DNA from: Lama glama | Lineage: Eukaryota | Length of the DNA: 64,000 bases | Assembly: GCA_028534125.1 (NCBI GenBank) | Contig: CM052816.1 | Span: forward strand, 99,450,001-99,514,000 | Reading direction: 5' to 3' | Part shown: in pieces, positions 51,470 through 64,000 of the stretch | Position numbering within the stretch: position 1 is the first letter of the stretch | Layout: each line of letters starts with the position of its first letter | Translations under genes and position numbers: made by a program | The notes under the pieces: generated by a model | What the model was told of the DNA's origin: nothing | What the model saw: only the letters and a program-made list of their open reading frames with translations | Databases searched by the model: none

Positions 51470-52080
51470 GCATGGTGGCCCCTGCATCTCTCACCCGACG
51501 TTCCTTCCAGCGCCCGCGCTCAGCGTCGGCGCAGTCACATGCTGGCGGAGGCAGCGCTCGGCGCCCATGTTCGCGGGCGTTTTCTTCCCGTCGAGGTCTC
51601 CGTGCACACGGTGCTTGTGCTGACATGTCTGCGCAAGCTTTCTGCTGTTTCTTGAATTATCAGGATTTTTATATGCGTTATTTGCGATGTACGAGTTGGT
51701 CGAGATTTATCAAACTCCTCCCAAAATACATTAAAAAAAAAAAAAAAGATCCGCTCCATGGTCTTCTTCCCTCTGGACCTCAGTCCCGCTGCCTCAGTGC
51801 AGCGTGTTCTCTGGCCATTTCACGCTCATCCTGGACCTTCAGGAGTCGTCTCTGCCTCCTGCCCACGTGGGACCCGCTTCCTAAAGCCTCTTCCTAAAGT
51901 CTCTCCGCGCGTCTTCGGCGGCGGTGCCGCGGGCCCGTAGCTGAGACCCTTACTTGTCCTTCACACTTGGCGTCCGGCGCAGCGGGACGAGGAATTCCAG
52001 CGGAGGCGCACCCGAGCCTTGCCCGCCCGCCCCCCTCCCCATCCGCCCGACGGCTCTGGGCCGCTCCTCTGGCTCCTGGC
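51470..52080 (-). promoter_or_regulatory. PLAGL1: Distal CpG-island promoter; putative PLAGL1 P2 (biallelic)
   Basis: Two CpG-rich blocks (51470-51640 and 51900-52080) and a GC-box cluster at 52021-52050. Minus-strand donors are CAA|GTAAGG (51953) and GAG|GTAAGT (51462). Identity is inferred from its position about 49 kb upstream of the proximal island. Confidence 0.5.
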
Positions 52081-53299
52081 CTGGTTTGGATTCTTCTCTT
52101 CAGTCGCAGAGTTCTGAAGTTTCATCACAGTGTGTGTGTCTGAAGCTTTTTAAAAGCCATTTAATGTATTGGGTAAGCAATAGAATCTTCATGCAGAATC
52201 TGACGGAATCCTATAGTTTCTTTCATTTTCTTATGTTTAAAAAAATTTCCATTTCTCTGTTTTGTTTCTTATTAGTCAGATAATGAAGCACAGGGACCAG
52301 TCCTCTAATTCTCTCATCCTTTCTCTCCCATTTTCCATCTCTTTGTATTTTGGTCTACAGTATAAAAGACTTTCTCTATTCTTCCCCATCTTGTTCTTCG
52401 TTTATTATTTTTTTTAGTTCCCACACATATATGTGCAATTTATATGTTTAAATGTAAACATAAAATATGTGTAGGTCATATATAATTCATGTAGAAACAT
52501 ATTTATACATTACCTCTATTAATTTTCCAGAACACTTTCTTGTGAAGTGTTTGTTTTGGTGGCATCTGGCTCTCAGCTTACGGAGGAAAGGTCTTCTTTG
52601 CGACGTCTTCTCCTCCCGCTCTGTCACTGTTGACTCTGTGCCCCTTTCATTTCTGTTTACTCTGGTCTCCGGCTGTCATTGAGTGTCTGGTGCTTCTCGG
52701 TGCTTCATTCATATTTTAAAAAAGGAGCAGAAAAAAGTCTTCCCAGGCTCTGGGTGGAGGGTGGAGCCCGCTGACTGGGGGTCTGATTTTGAGGTGATGG
52801 CGGATAGACAGGGCTGCTGCACTAGGACCATCCAGATGCCATCTGGGTGTCTCTTCTCCTGTTTCAACTTGTTTCCTGGGAGAGAAATCATCTGAGGAAG
52901 GGAATCTGAGCTAGGGGAGCTGATGAAGCAGCAGCCGTGGGGCTTCATCATGTGGGATGCAAACTTCTGTAACCTCCAGTTTGGGTACAGTTAGCAGAGT
53001 GACTGCCCTCCTGTTACAAGTTCTTCCCATTTAATGATCCCAGGGAGTCCCTCCTCCATGCTGCCCGAGCAGAGAAAGGTGGTCCCTATCTGTGCACGAA
53101 AGGGCAGGAATCTGGGGTGCAGAGGCTTCTTATAAAGATGGGCTCATTTTCAGGACCCCCTGCACTCTGCCTTCAGCAATACCTGGTACCCACACTGCCT
53201 GCATCCACCAGGCTTTGAAGCAAGGAACTACCTGCACTTTAACAGCGTTCCCTCCCTCCTCCAAGCAGGCTCGGCCCGGCTCTCTGGTGAGCTTTGTGC

Positions 53300-53890
53300 A
53301 TTACTGCTGGCGACAGGTGGTGGTCTTCAAGGACACCCACAGTAACGTCTCTCACTCCGCATGCTCTCCCAGAACTTGGTCACTCCCCCATTACTAGGTG
53401 GACTCGAATTCTCTTCCTCTTGAACCTGAACATATGCATTATGTCAAACGAAGAAAACATAGCAGGAGTGATGCTTCATTAGTTCCAAGAATAGGTCAAA
53501 AAGGAGGACACATGTTAACTTTGTTTAGCAGAAGAACTCACTATGGGGCCCCGAGCTGCCAGGGAAGAAGTCTGGTTATCCTGAGGCAGCCGTGCTGGGA
53601 GGAAGTTCAGACAACATGGAAAGGCCTCCACCTGTGGCTGGTCCAGCTGACAAACCCAGCAGGGCCCAAACACTCACCACCCCATACGTGATGATGGAGT
53701 AGTCAGGGTCAGCCCACAGCCTCCCAGTCACCCTACTTTCAGATCTTCTGGCTCAGGCTCCAGGCAGCATGGAGCAGAGGCAAGCTGTCCCCTCCCTATT
53801 CCTGCCAGAGAACCTAGGAACACAAGACAGTGGTGGTCACTGCACAGTACTGCCTGGGGTGCTTGGACACACAGTGACAGTAATGGGACA
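53300..53890 (+). mobile_element. MLT1G/H-like LTR
   Basis: tcactcccccattactaggtggactcgaattctcttcctcttgaacctg...ctgaggcagccgtgctgggagg...atggagcagaggcaagctgtccc. Confidence 0.65.
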
Positions 53891-54092
53891 GTGCTCAGCC
53901 ATTCTCTTCCCAACAGTCTGTTGACTTTATCTTCCTTTTCCTTGAATTTATGCATTTTCACATTAGGAGAAGCGGAGAGAGTAAAAGTACAACCTCGTGT
54001 TCAATCTGCCAACTCAGTCTACTCATTCACTTCTGTATCCTCAGAGGATATTCTGTATTAATTCAAGTTGGTATACATTTGATATGTTCAAA

Positions 54093-54107
54093 ATAGAAGG
54101 TGTGGTG

Positions 54108-54153
<46 letters not shown>

Positions 54154-54510
54154 AATATTACTCAGCCATAAAAAGAATGAAATAATGCAATAATAATGCC
54201 ATGGGCAGCAATATGGATGGATCTAGAGATTATCATATTGAGTGAAGTAAGCCAAAACAAATATCATATGATATCACTTATATGCAGAATCTAAAAAAAT
54301 AATACAAATTCTATTTACAAATCAAAAACACACAGATGTAAAAAACAAACATGGTTACCAAATGGGAAACATGGGGAAGGGATAAATTAGGATTTTGGAA
54401 TTAACAGATATACACTACTATTTATAAAATAAATAAATAACAAGGACCTACTGTATAGCACAGGAAACTATATTTAATTTCTTGTAATAACATATAATGG
54501 AATGTGTGCA

Positions 54511-54554
<44 letters not shown>

Positions 54555-54633
54555 TGAATCACTTTACTGTACACCTGAAACTAACACTGTAAATAAACTA
54601 CACTTCAATTACATTTTTTTTAAATAAAATAAA
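54093..54633 (+). mobile_element. L1 3' end containing two (TA)n expansions
   Basis: atggaatattactcagccataaaaagaatgaaataatgc...aaggacctactgtatagcacagg...tail. (TA)n runs at about 54113-54148 and 54519-54550. Confidence 0.92.
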
Positions 54634-57600
54634 GGGGAAAGTTATTTGTTGAAGGAAGGAAGAAAAAAATTGCTTAACTGCTAAAAACAAAAAGAATTCT
54701 CAGTCCATCACCTATCTTCTGTGAAATAAATGCAAATGTCATTTTTTTTCAACCAGTGAGTAGTTTATTGAGGTTGAATCCCCCTGTCCCATTAGTAAAG
54801 CCTTTTGGGAAACTTCGGGTATATCCACATCTCTGAATCTTATTATCTGACCCTGGATGTGCATAAACATCAGGGGACTATTCCCTTTTGCCATCCCCTC
54901 AAGGTTCTCTTCCACCTGGCCAGACAGCAAATGGGGTGCAGCCCAGACACCTGGCGAGGGCTCCATGCAGCCTCTGATTGACGAGGGCAGCCCCTGACTG
55001 ACACGGTGGGGCCATCTGTGTTCATCGTGAAGACTGACAGCAGGGAACGGCGTGGGCCTTGTTTGCTGTTCCGTGATCTGTTTTACAGAGTGTGCACACG
55101 CGTGACCTTGCAGCCAGGTATTAACTTACATGCTGGGAGAACGTGGCCCGTGTTAAATTATGTCAAGTGTGTGATCCAAGCAATACATTACAGGGAATTC
55201 ACACCCTCTCCTTAAGTGCATGCAACAGCAGCGTCTTTTCTCTGCATCGTAAAGTTGCATCCCAGCATCACATTTAATGAAACAGAGAAAATAACACAGA
55301 ACCCCACCAACACCGCACACACGGGGTAACACCGAACGAAGGTAAACAGACACGTGAATGGACCAGCTTAGGCACATTTATCAAGGAGTTTCACAGATTT
55401 AGCGTTTGAATTAAGTATGGCTTGATCTGCACGTACAAACTATATATGGAATCATTTTAATGGTGTGCAGAATGCTAGCTTTGTGGTGAACTTTTCCTGA
55501 TTACCTAGATTTCTATGTTTAAAGACTTTATGTTGAGGTTACTTTTACACTTCAAACTTGCAAAACAAATTTGAACTGATTAGGGAAGAGTGTCGTCTCC
55601 CCACGTATAAAAGTCCTACTTCTCCTGCGACACCATAAAGCAGATTAAGGGCTTTTTCATCGCTTATTTTTCTTGAATTGTTTCTGTTTTTGTTTTTGAG
55701 AGAAGAGTTCTGAAAATGATCAATACATTTTCAAAACTAAACCTCTTCTCCTTGTCCAAACCCAAAAGTAAAGTCTTTAAAAGTTGTAGCTCAAGTAAAT
55801 CCTTTTTCTGTATTCAAAAGGAATGGAAATGTGGGTCTCAGAATCTGCCAGGGAAATGTTTCTGCACATAGGCTCTCTTCACGATGTTTTACTTGCGGCT
55901 TTTGCTTCCCAGAACCCCCACTTGCTACCCGGCCTGAATCTACCCCAAGACACGAAGTATTGGGCCATCCGTGATTTCTCTCCTCCAGTGCCGGAGACGC
56001 TGCTGGCGCCCTCGCATCAAAGACGCAGGCGGGACGGTGGTAGTTTCCAAGCAAAGAGACCCTCGCTCCACACCCCTCCCCCAGCGGTCTGGACAACTTC
56101 CTGCAAATTACCAACTATATGCATGTTCACAAGCAGGGCTCCCCGACCCTCTTTCCTCTCCAAATCCAGGGCACTGCAGTTACGCTTGTGACCTCCTGAT
56201 GGCTGGACGGCAAAGATGGGAGCCATTCTAACAGGACCTAACCATGTAACAAATCTCTGCGGACCTAAAAGGGAGAACATAATATGACTTGAAAGCCTCA
56301 TTTCAAGTCATATTTTATGTGTGGTCCTAAATCTCCCCGACCACTTGTTCAGCCCATGATGTGGTGTTTAAGTCTCGCCACAGCTGAAAATGCAAGGTGA
56401 GAACAGCCCAGAACCCGGTCCAAGGCTTTCCCCGGTTCCCTGGGCTTTCCTGGGCGGCTGATGTGGATGACAGTCCCCTGTGCTTTCCAAGGGGACAGAG
56501 AGAGCCAGTGTGGGAAGGGGGAAGCCTCCGGATAAAGTAACTGGACGTCTTATCCCAGGCAGTGACCCGTCTGAGCCACACAAATAGCATCGCGTCTCCC
56601 CTGGGTCGCATTTGTGTGTAGTTGGGAAATTCGGTCGTCCCAGAGATGTTTTAGTGCAATGAAAGGACAAAATGAATACACCCCTCTGTCTCTCCCTCTC
56701 CGCGGGGACGCAGCGCTGGAGGGTCTGCCCTCCCCAGGACAACATGCTGCTCATTCAAATGAGGCTCCCAACACAAAGGTGGCTTCAGTGGCCGGTGCAG
56801 CTCTTTTCCCCAGCAGGAGCCCCCACTTTGTTTCAGCTTTTAGACTCGACCAGTGGCAGGAGAGAGTTGATGTTTACTACACAAAAGGGACACAGTGTGG
56901 TCTAATGTATGCGTCTTTCTCGCGGAATCCTAATGATGCTGCGCTGGGGGAATTTACACAGACCTTACAGGCGTTCAAAGGAGACATTTATTTCATTCAG
57001 AGGGTGCAGTGACTTCCACTTCTTGTGCTGCTCCCAAGGCTGGGCTTTCAAAGGGCCTTTCATTGTGCAGGAAGACAGCCGGTCCAGGCCGGGACGTTTG
57101 GGGGCAGCCCCGCTCGCCTGGCGACTCCAATCACTGCTTTCCCGGCCCCCGAGCCTCCCTCCCTCCTGACGGACAGGGTTAACACAAACCCTGCTGCCCC
57201 CCCGGCGCTGTGTGCCCCCACGGTGAGGCCGCTGTGGGTTCCGCTCCCGTGTGTTTCCATGGAGGGACGCGGTCACTCCGTGCATTTCAGTGTCCAGCGA
57301 GTGAAAAGAGCCAGCGTCACTTCATTAGTGATGTGTAAACAGAATCTCCAGGGCTGCCCCCACCTGCCGGCTCATCCGCTCTGCGGGGAGCGGGCTTTGC
57401 ACAGCTCTGCCCGGGACCGATGCCGGCCATCCCCGCGCACCCCGACCAGCACCTTTATGCTCCTTCGCGATGGAAACAGTGGCTTTTCTTCACTTTTGAG
57501 AGAGCATTTCCAAAGGGACATGAGAGAGGACTTTGACTGATTTTAGATAAATAAATAATAAGCAAATAAATAAATAACTGTACGTCAACTATGCCAACTT

Positions 57601-57892
57601 GACAATTGTTCCAGCAAAAGCTGAAATATTTCCAGGAAGGATGGCAAACTGCAGAAAACAGACGGGAGGGGGGTTAACAGAGGGGGCCTCTGCCAGGCTT
57701 TTCGAGCAGCAGTGAGCCGTTTAGAAGCCCGCTTTGCCCGGACCTCGGGCCTTACCAAGGCTTCGCTCCTGCGCCACTCGTGTCTCGACGTTGCCAGCTT
57801 GCCAAGCCCTGGGACCTGCCCGGCTGGGGACGGGTGCAGCAGACACAGATCACAGGCAGGCGTCTTCTGGCTGTGTGGCTGTGGTACTACTG

Positions 57893-57997
57893 ATTTTTAT
57901 TTTTATTTTCTTTAATTTTTAATGGAGGTGCTGGGGATTGAACCCAGGACCTCGTGCCTGCTAAGTGTGTGCTCTCCCACTGAGTGGCCCTCCCTCC
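57893..57997 (-). mobile_element. Vic-1-like camelid SINE
   Basis: T-rich tail then aatggaggtgctggggattgaacccaggacctcgtgcctgctaagtgtgtgctctcccactgag. Confidence 0.88.
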
Positions 57998-60900
57998 TTG
58001 TGCTCCTGTGACTGAACTGTTACCAAGGAGATAACTTTTCAATTTGCATTTGTTGGAGACACAGAGTCCTATGAGTTTATTATTCCTGCGACATGATGGT
58101 GGGTCCCGTCCCGGCAGCCCTGCACATTCTCCATGTGAGGAGCAGGTCGTCCCCACGGAGGAGAATGCCCGCCCACCTCGCCTGCCTGCTGGCTCTGGAA
58201 GGCCGGAGGGGCCAAGGGACACGGCAGAAGCGGCAGCGAGAAGCCGGAAGGAGGATGGCGGAGATGGTGATGAGACCTGCGGCGCCATGAAGCTGACCTT
58301 CAGGTGGGCAAGCGGGACTCCGAGGGCGGGAATGCCTTTGCCCCTAGCAAAGCCCCAGATGCCGCACAGGGGGTCGGGGCCAGGCCCCGGGGACGGGCCG
58401 AAGGAAAGCTCAAAGCCCAAGCCGCCTCTGCCTCCCTGCCTCCACACCCTCACCCTGTACCCTGAACTGCCAGCCAGGAGGTGTGGCTGCTTTGCTCTGT
58501 CCTGTCCTTCTGCTCCTGGGCGCCCTCCCCAGCCGCCCCCGCCCCCGGTGCTTGCTCCCGGCCGCCGCACCTGGAAGAGATGCTGGCATTGCACCTTGAA
58601 AACGCCCAGGGAGCTGCTGTCTGGCCCGTGGCGCCGGGTGTGTGGTCCCTTCTCCCTTGGCACGTTTGATCCAGTCAAGGCTCCAGGTCCCCAGCTTGGA
58701 GGACTGACAGTCTGGGGACATTCCTGATGCCCATGGCGGCCTCAGCATCCTTTCCCAGGGCACTACTGGCTCTTGGGAAACACATCTCTGGGGGGACAGA
58801 GTTTGTAGCTGTCCTGGTCTGTGGCTTATCCGCCCTCTGAGAGCAGCTGTCGCAGCCCCTCACTTCCCTGTGTGGGCTTCCTCCCACCGGTGGCTTTTCT
58901 CTGGGACTGACAACTGCTGGGCAGTATGATGGCAGGACCAGCTCCTTGATGACGTCCTTGGTGCCAACCATTTGCTCTGCTTGACCACAGCGGGTTCCAC
59001 TGAGGCTCAGTTCTTAGGGATATTAATTTCGGCAAGGTTCATCCATCTGATATGTGTGTGTGTGTTGGGGGATGTTTAGAATTTTCATAATGTTTAATGT
59101 ACTTAAAATTGTTTATTTGGCAGTTACGTGGAAGTATGATGCGTCCCAGGAGTCTGATTTCAATGCGGACGTCGCCTTCACGTCTTAGATACTTAAAACG
59201 CACCCCATGTTCGCATCGTCTCAATGGGGTCCCCTTTAATGCAGTGTCTGGAGACAGCACGTGGCAGGTACCTGCAACCATGCTCTGATTCACGGCGGGA
59301 AACGGCATCTGAGGTTTGTTGGACTCTCCCCGCGCCCCAGGCACCACACACGCTGCTGAGCGCCTTCTATCTGAGCACATCAGACCAGGAATGGCCGTGA
59401 GTCATGCGCCACCTGGAAGGTAGAGTGAGTGCTGAGACTGGGCTCAAGGAAGTCAGCCCACGGGATGCCAGGAATGCTAAGGTTTCCCCCAGCGGTGGTG
59501 CGGGATGTAGGTGGCCGTCCTTCACCTGGCTCCCAGGACGGCTGCTGTCCAGAGCTCCATCCCCTCCACAGGCCCAGCAGGCTGGAGCTGGCACGGGCCT
59601 GGGCAGCAAGCACCCCAGGCCGTGACGGTGCAGGGCCCTGCGCTGACTCACTTCTCCCGCCGTGAAGACTGGAGGCGCATCGGGGGGAGATGAAGCCAGG
59701 AAACCGAGAAGCTGAGTTGAGTTTATCCTCTGCCAGGTCTCTGGGATATTTCTCCTTCACTTATTCATCCCTCCCTCCCTCCCACCCCTTATAGGGCACA
59801 GTGCCTTGAGCCAGGCACGACAGATGCAAAGACTTTTGGGTCAAGTATCTCCACTTCGGGACTCACAGCACAGTCGGGTGCTGGAGGAATCCTCTCCAGG
59901 TGATGAAGCAGGGAAGCTAGGGGTTTAGGGCTTGGATGTTGAGCTAGAAAGTCTTCTTAGCTGTGTGTTTTTCACAGGTACACCCCCTGTAGAGTTTCTC
60001 CATTTGCAGGTCCAGGGTACCACCAGCACACGGCAGAGTTTGGTGCAGGCGAGGCGAGGGGGTGCACTGCCTTGGTGCCTTGGAAGAGCTCTGGTGTGAC
60101 ACACGCCAGTCCACTAGCACAAAGGGGAGAAGTGAGCAACACCCTGGAGCAGGGCTGGAAACAGTGGCTCCCTCTAAACTGTGACCTATTCTTGCCTGAG
60201 CTGGACCTGGAACCCAGACAGGGGCTGCTCCCCACAAGGGAAGTCTCCCCAGGCCGCTTCTGACCACACTGTGCCAGAGCCTCGAAGGCCTGGGGCTGCT
60301 CCTCGGCTGACCACGACTTGGGGGAGATGCTTTCCATTCCACCAACAACTGTTTCCAAATCTAAGTGCAGTTAAATTCAGGCCAGTCCGCTCACCCCAGC
60401 TCTGTGAGGAGAGGTGAGGAGACCCAGCACCTCTTTGTCTGGCAAAGGACTGCCTCCCCCCACCCCCGCTGCTCCTCCCTGCCCACCCCGGGCCCCTCTC
60501 TCCCTTCCTCCTCAGGCCCTTGCACGCTGCGAGGCAGCCCCAAAACAGCCCAGGAAAACAGGCGCCTCGCGTTACCAACTTCACGTTCAGAGAGAGCGTC
60601 GAGGCACGAGAAAGTCCCGCTGGCTTAAAGTTTCTACAAGTAGAACATGATGCTCCGTGCTTTAAACATAAATTACTACAGAGTATCGCTTAGTGAGGGT
60701 TATCTGCCTGCATCTCTGTGGTTGCATCACATACAGCAAGGCAGTCAGGCACTGCCTCACACAGTTCTTTTGGATGCATCATGTCTTGTTCAAAGCTGTG
60801 TCTGTGTGTCTGCGTGTGTAAGAGAGAGGTGGGGGCCGGGGACGGGATGTAAGGGACAGCTCATTGTTTTCTCAGAAACTCATTTGTCTAAAGGCTTCTA

Positions 60901-61359
60901 TCTTTAAAATGCAAAGGGGGAGAAAGAATCTTTGGAGAAATGAAATAGATCCAAGAAAGACAAATAGACATGGATGACTGTAAGAAATACGCACAGTATA
61001 TTCTTTAAATTTTCTACACGTGCCATTAGGTTCTGACCTAAACTCACAGACTGTCTACCTGTATGGATCTATACAGCCTCATGCCAGGAGGGGTGTTAAA
61101 ATGCATTTTCTGCTCAAATTTTGTAAGTGTCTAGGCTCTTAAACCCTCTAATTTTGTTGGCAGGGGAGTTTATTTACAACTTCTGTTACATCTGCCCTGG
61201 GTAAGACGGCAAAGTGAAGGGAAGGGTTTGGAGATGGAGGTTCTTGAGACCAGGTCTCGGAGGAAGGGCAGACACAGCGTGCGGCCCGGACCCAGTGTAG
61301 CCGTCACTCAGCGTTCACGTGATCAGATGGTACTTCATTAAGAACCTGGTATTGGTGGT

Positions 61360-61799
61360 GATGACCTGGAGATCATCATACAAAATGAAGTAAGCCAGAA
61401 AGAGAAAGAAAATATGATATGATATCACTTACATGTGGAATCTGAAAAAAAAAAAGGACACAAGTGAACTTGTTTACAAAACGGAGATAGAATATAGACA
61501 TAGAACACAAACTTATGGTTATGTGGTCGTTGGGGAAGGGGGTCGGGAGGGATAAGTTAAGAGTTCAGGATTTGCGGATATACACCACTATATCTAACAT
61601 AGATAACCAACAAGGTCCTATAGCATAGGGAACTGTGTTCAACATCTTACAGTAACCTCTAGTGAGAAAGACTATGAAAGGGAACGTACATATATGTATA
61701 ACTGAATCACTCTGCTGTACACTAGACATGAACAGGACATTGTAAATCGACTGTACTTCAATTAAACACATAAATCAGCAAATATTAAAAAAAAAAAAA
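61360..61799 (+). mobile_element. L1 3' end with poly(A)
   Basis: gacctggagatcatcatac...gaagtaagccagaaagagaaagaa...aacttatggtta...caacaaggtccta...actgtacttcaatt, then an A-tail. Confidence 0.9.
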
Positions 61800-62859
61800 C
61801 GCCTGACAGCAGGTGCGAGAGTGCGACAGAAGCGGCCCAGCTCTGCCCCGTGCTCTGCTTCGCTCTAGGGCTCTGGCTCATTTGGCCTCCGCCGGGGGAT
61901 CATTGACTCGCCTGCCTTGAGTCTGTCATGTCTGGAAGGTGAGGTGTTTGCAAGGAGGAGCAATGAGTTCACACAGAGAGCTGTCACCTCCACCTGGCTC
62001 CTCCATCAGAGTGCCCTAAGGAGGGACGCCGGGTGTTCTGTCTGGGGCAGCCTGCCTTTCCCTCTGCCCCGTCCATGAACGAGTCTTTCAACCCTTGATG
62101 ACCTGCCCCCTTGACGCTTGTAGAAGGACGGGAGACTTGACCCAGCCTTGGACGCAGCAATTCCCCATCAGGCAGGCAAGAACGCTGGAGCCAGGAGAGA
62201 GCACAGAACCACACAGGGTCCACTGAGGCCGCTGCTGGGACCGAGGGAGGACCCTGTTCCAGAGGCTCCCTTCCCAGGACAGTGGAGGAGCAGGTGGGGA
62301 TTCCTTTCTGGCTACACCCAACAAGCCAATTTGTGGTGGAAAATGATGAGGTTAATACACTTGGTGAGAAACGAAGAAATCAGTGGGCAGAGGAGGGAAG
62401 AAGCGTTCAGATCGGCACCACTGTTGCTTCTGAATCCACCGCCGAGTAAGCTTTCACGCCGGGATGTGAGCCGGTCCTTTTTATTTTTGTTTTCCTTTTG
62501 CATTTCTTGGGCTGAAAGTCCGTGCACAGCTTACTCAACGTCTCTTAGCATGAGTTCCCACTTCTAGCATTTTTTGAGAGAATGGACTGCAGCAGCTCAA
62601 GATTCTTTCCCAATTCTGTCATCTTGTTAAATACACCTTCAGAGGGGAAAAGAGTGAAAGAGAAAATGAGATTTAAAAGAAGTTTCTGGTCACCTATCTG
62701 AATGTAGTAATAGACTGGGAAACGTGAGATTTAAGTATCGCAACCCCTGTAGGTGCACGGTCGGTATTTGCATTTATCATGTGCCTGGTCCCTCAGCAGG
62801 GACTCCCACCCACAGCCTTCATCTCCATATTACTTCCGTCAGTGGCCATAGCCTATCTT

Positions 62860-62962
62860 GGGAAATCGCTGTTTACGTGTGTGTCCAACTTTCCTTCTTG
62901 GTAACATCTTCAAGGACGGGAATCGTGTCTTACTCGCTTTTCTATCACCGAGCACCTAGCCT
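62860..62962 (+). mobile_element. L2 3' fragment
   Basis: cttcaaggacgggaatcgtgtcttactcgctttctatcaccgagcacctagc resembles the L2 3' end. Confidence 0.55.
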
Positions 62963-64000
62963 TGAGCCATCTCGGTCCCATCCAGGAAGACTGCGCTCAC
63001 ATGTGCTCCCGGTGGGCACTTGGAAGTGAAGCAGGTGCCTCCTCTCCAGAAGGCTCCAGCGCCTCCCCCGACCCTGGGTCCAGTCCAACTGCAGGGCTGC
63101 TCTCAGTGTGAATGCTGTTGGATGAGAAGGCAGCTGCTCATCCAGGACCCTCGAAGCATCATCTGAAATTAGGACCTTCTCCCCTGAGTTATTCTTTCTT
63201 GCAAGGCAGCTCATGAATTGCTTTAATGGAGTGTGCAATTTCCTCCATGCCTCTATATGTGCTACCTTGGATATTGCAGGCTTATAATAATCACGGCTCA
63301 GCGATACTGAAGTTGCCGGCCAACTGCACAAAGAATTTCGAAGCTCACTTCAAACACAAGCCCTTGAATTCCTGCGAGTCTCTGTTTAAATGTCATCACA
63401 AGAATTATCTTCTAAGTTAGCCCTGTAATGATTTGCAAATAGAAGTGGCCGCCCTTAATTTTAATTTGTGTTTTAAATCAGACCCTATGTTATAATCAAT
63501 TATATCTTAAGGACTTATTTGCCAAAAGTATTTAGAGCCCAAGGGCTTTCTTGTCCTGAATATAAAGGATTTGACGTCTATAGTTCTTAATAAAGTGGGT
63601 AGCAATTATTAATATAGTAATACTTTATTAGTTGAACTGAAACCAGAGATATAAATGTTTCAAGGTTTGGACTTATAACATTAAAGCCAAATTAAAGTAA
63701 GTCCAAGAAAAAGTCTGTGAACTTAATTTAGTTGAATTCTACATTTTTTTTAAGGAGAGCCAGCAGTTATTGTTACTGCTGGTGGTTAAAAATAAAAGAG
63801 CAGCGCTTAAATTTGAATTTCTGGAATTATTAGTCTTTCATTAAGTCAAAATGCTGGAGCCAGCAGAACTTGTTTTGAGCACAACACGGAGCATTGTGCC
63901 AGTGTTAGTGTCCCCACAGGGCCGGGTCCCCTGTGCTGGGAGCCTGCCAAGCCCCGCTTCCCTGGTGGATGACGAGAAACCGTTAATTGTGAGATTTCAA

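Noticed and set aside
57887..58727. 263-aa and 227-aa ORFs
   Set aside because: GC-rich chance frames; one ends inside a SINE and neither has a domain or exon-like boundaries.
1..64000. Alternative locus identities with coding exons in the window (for example ZNF518B-CLNK), and CRISPR or other prokaryotic systems
   Set aside because: I found no matching coding exons and no repeat-spacer array or operon structure. The repeat content is clearly eutherian.

Overview
This is mammalian genomic DNA, very probably camelid (camel/alpaca/llama). It carries tRNA-derived Vic-1-type SINEs and cetartiodactyl/camelid-type L1 3' ends. I found no credible protein-coding exon: the listed ORFs are GC-rich chance frames, microsatellite frames or decayed L1 ORF1/ORF2. 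Two CpG-island promoters lie about 49 kb apart (about 2.0-3.1 kb and 51.5-52.1 kb). Each has a minus-strand non-coding first exon ending in a splice donor, and the space between is repeat-rich intron-like sequence. This layout, plus short stretches resembling my recollection of the human DMR, suggests the 5' region of the imprinted PLAGL1 (ZAC1)/HYMAI locus, with imprinted P1 proximal and biallelic P2 distal. That identity is an inference, not confirmed by alignment. The most notable signals are a perfect CACGTG-n5-CACGTG palindrome (ChoRE geometry) just upstream of the proximal promoter and a near-consensus CTCF site in its first exon. Others are gene-sense MaLR LTRs that could drive oocyte transcription across the island, CpG-enriched ancient repeats, and a strong-Kozak uATG next to a consensus donor at the distal promoter. 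Repeat subfamily names come from remembered consensus sequences and need RepeatMasker/Dfam confirmation.
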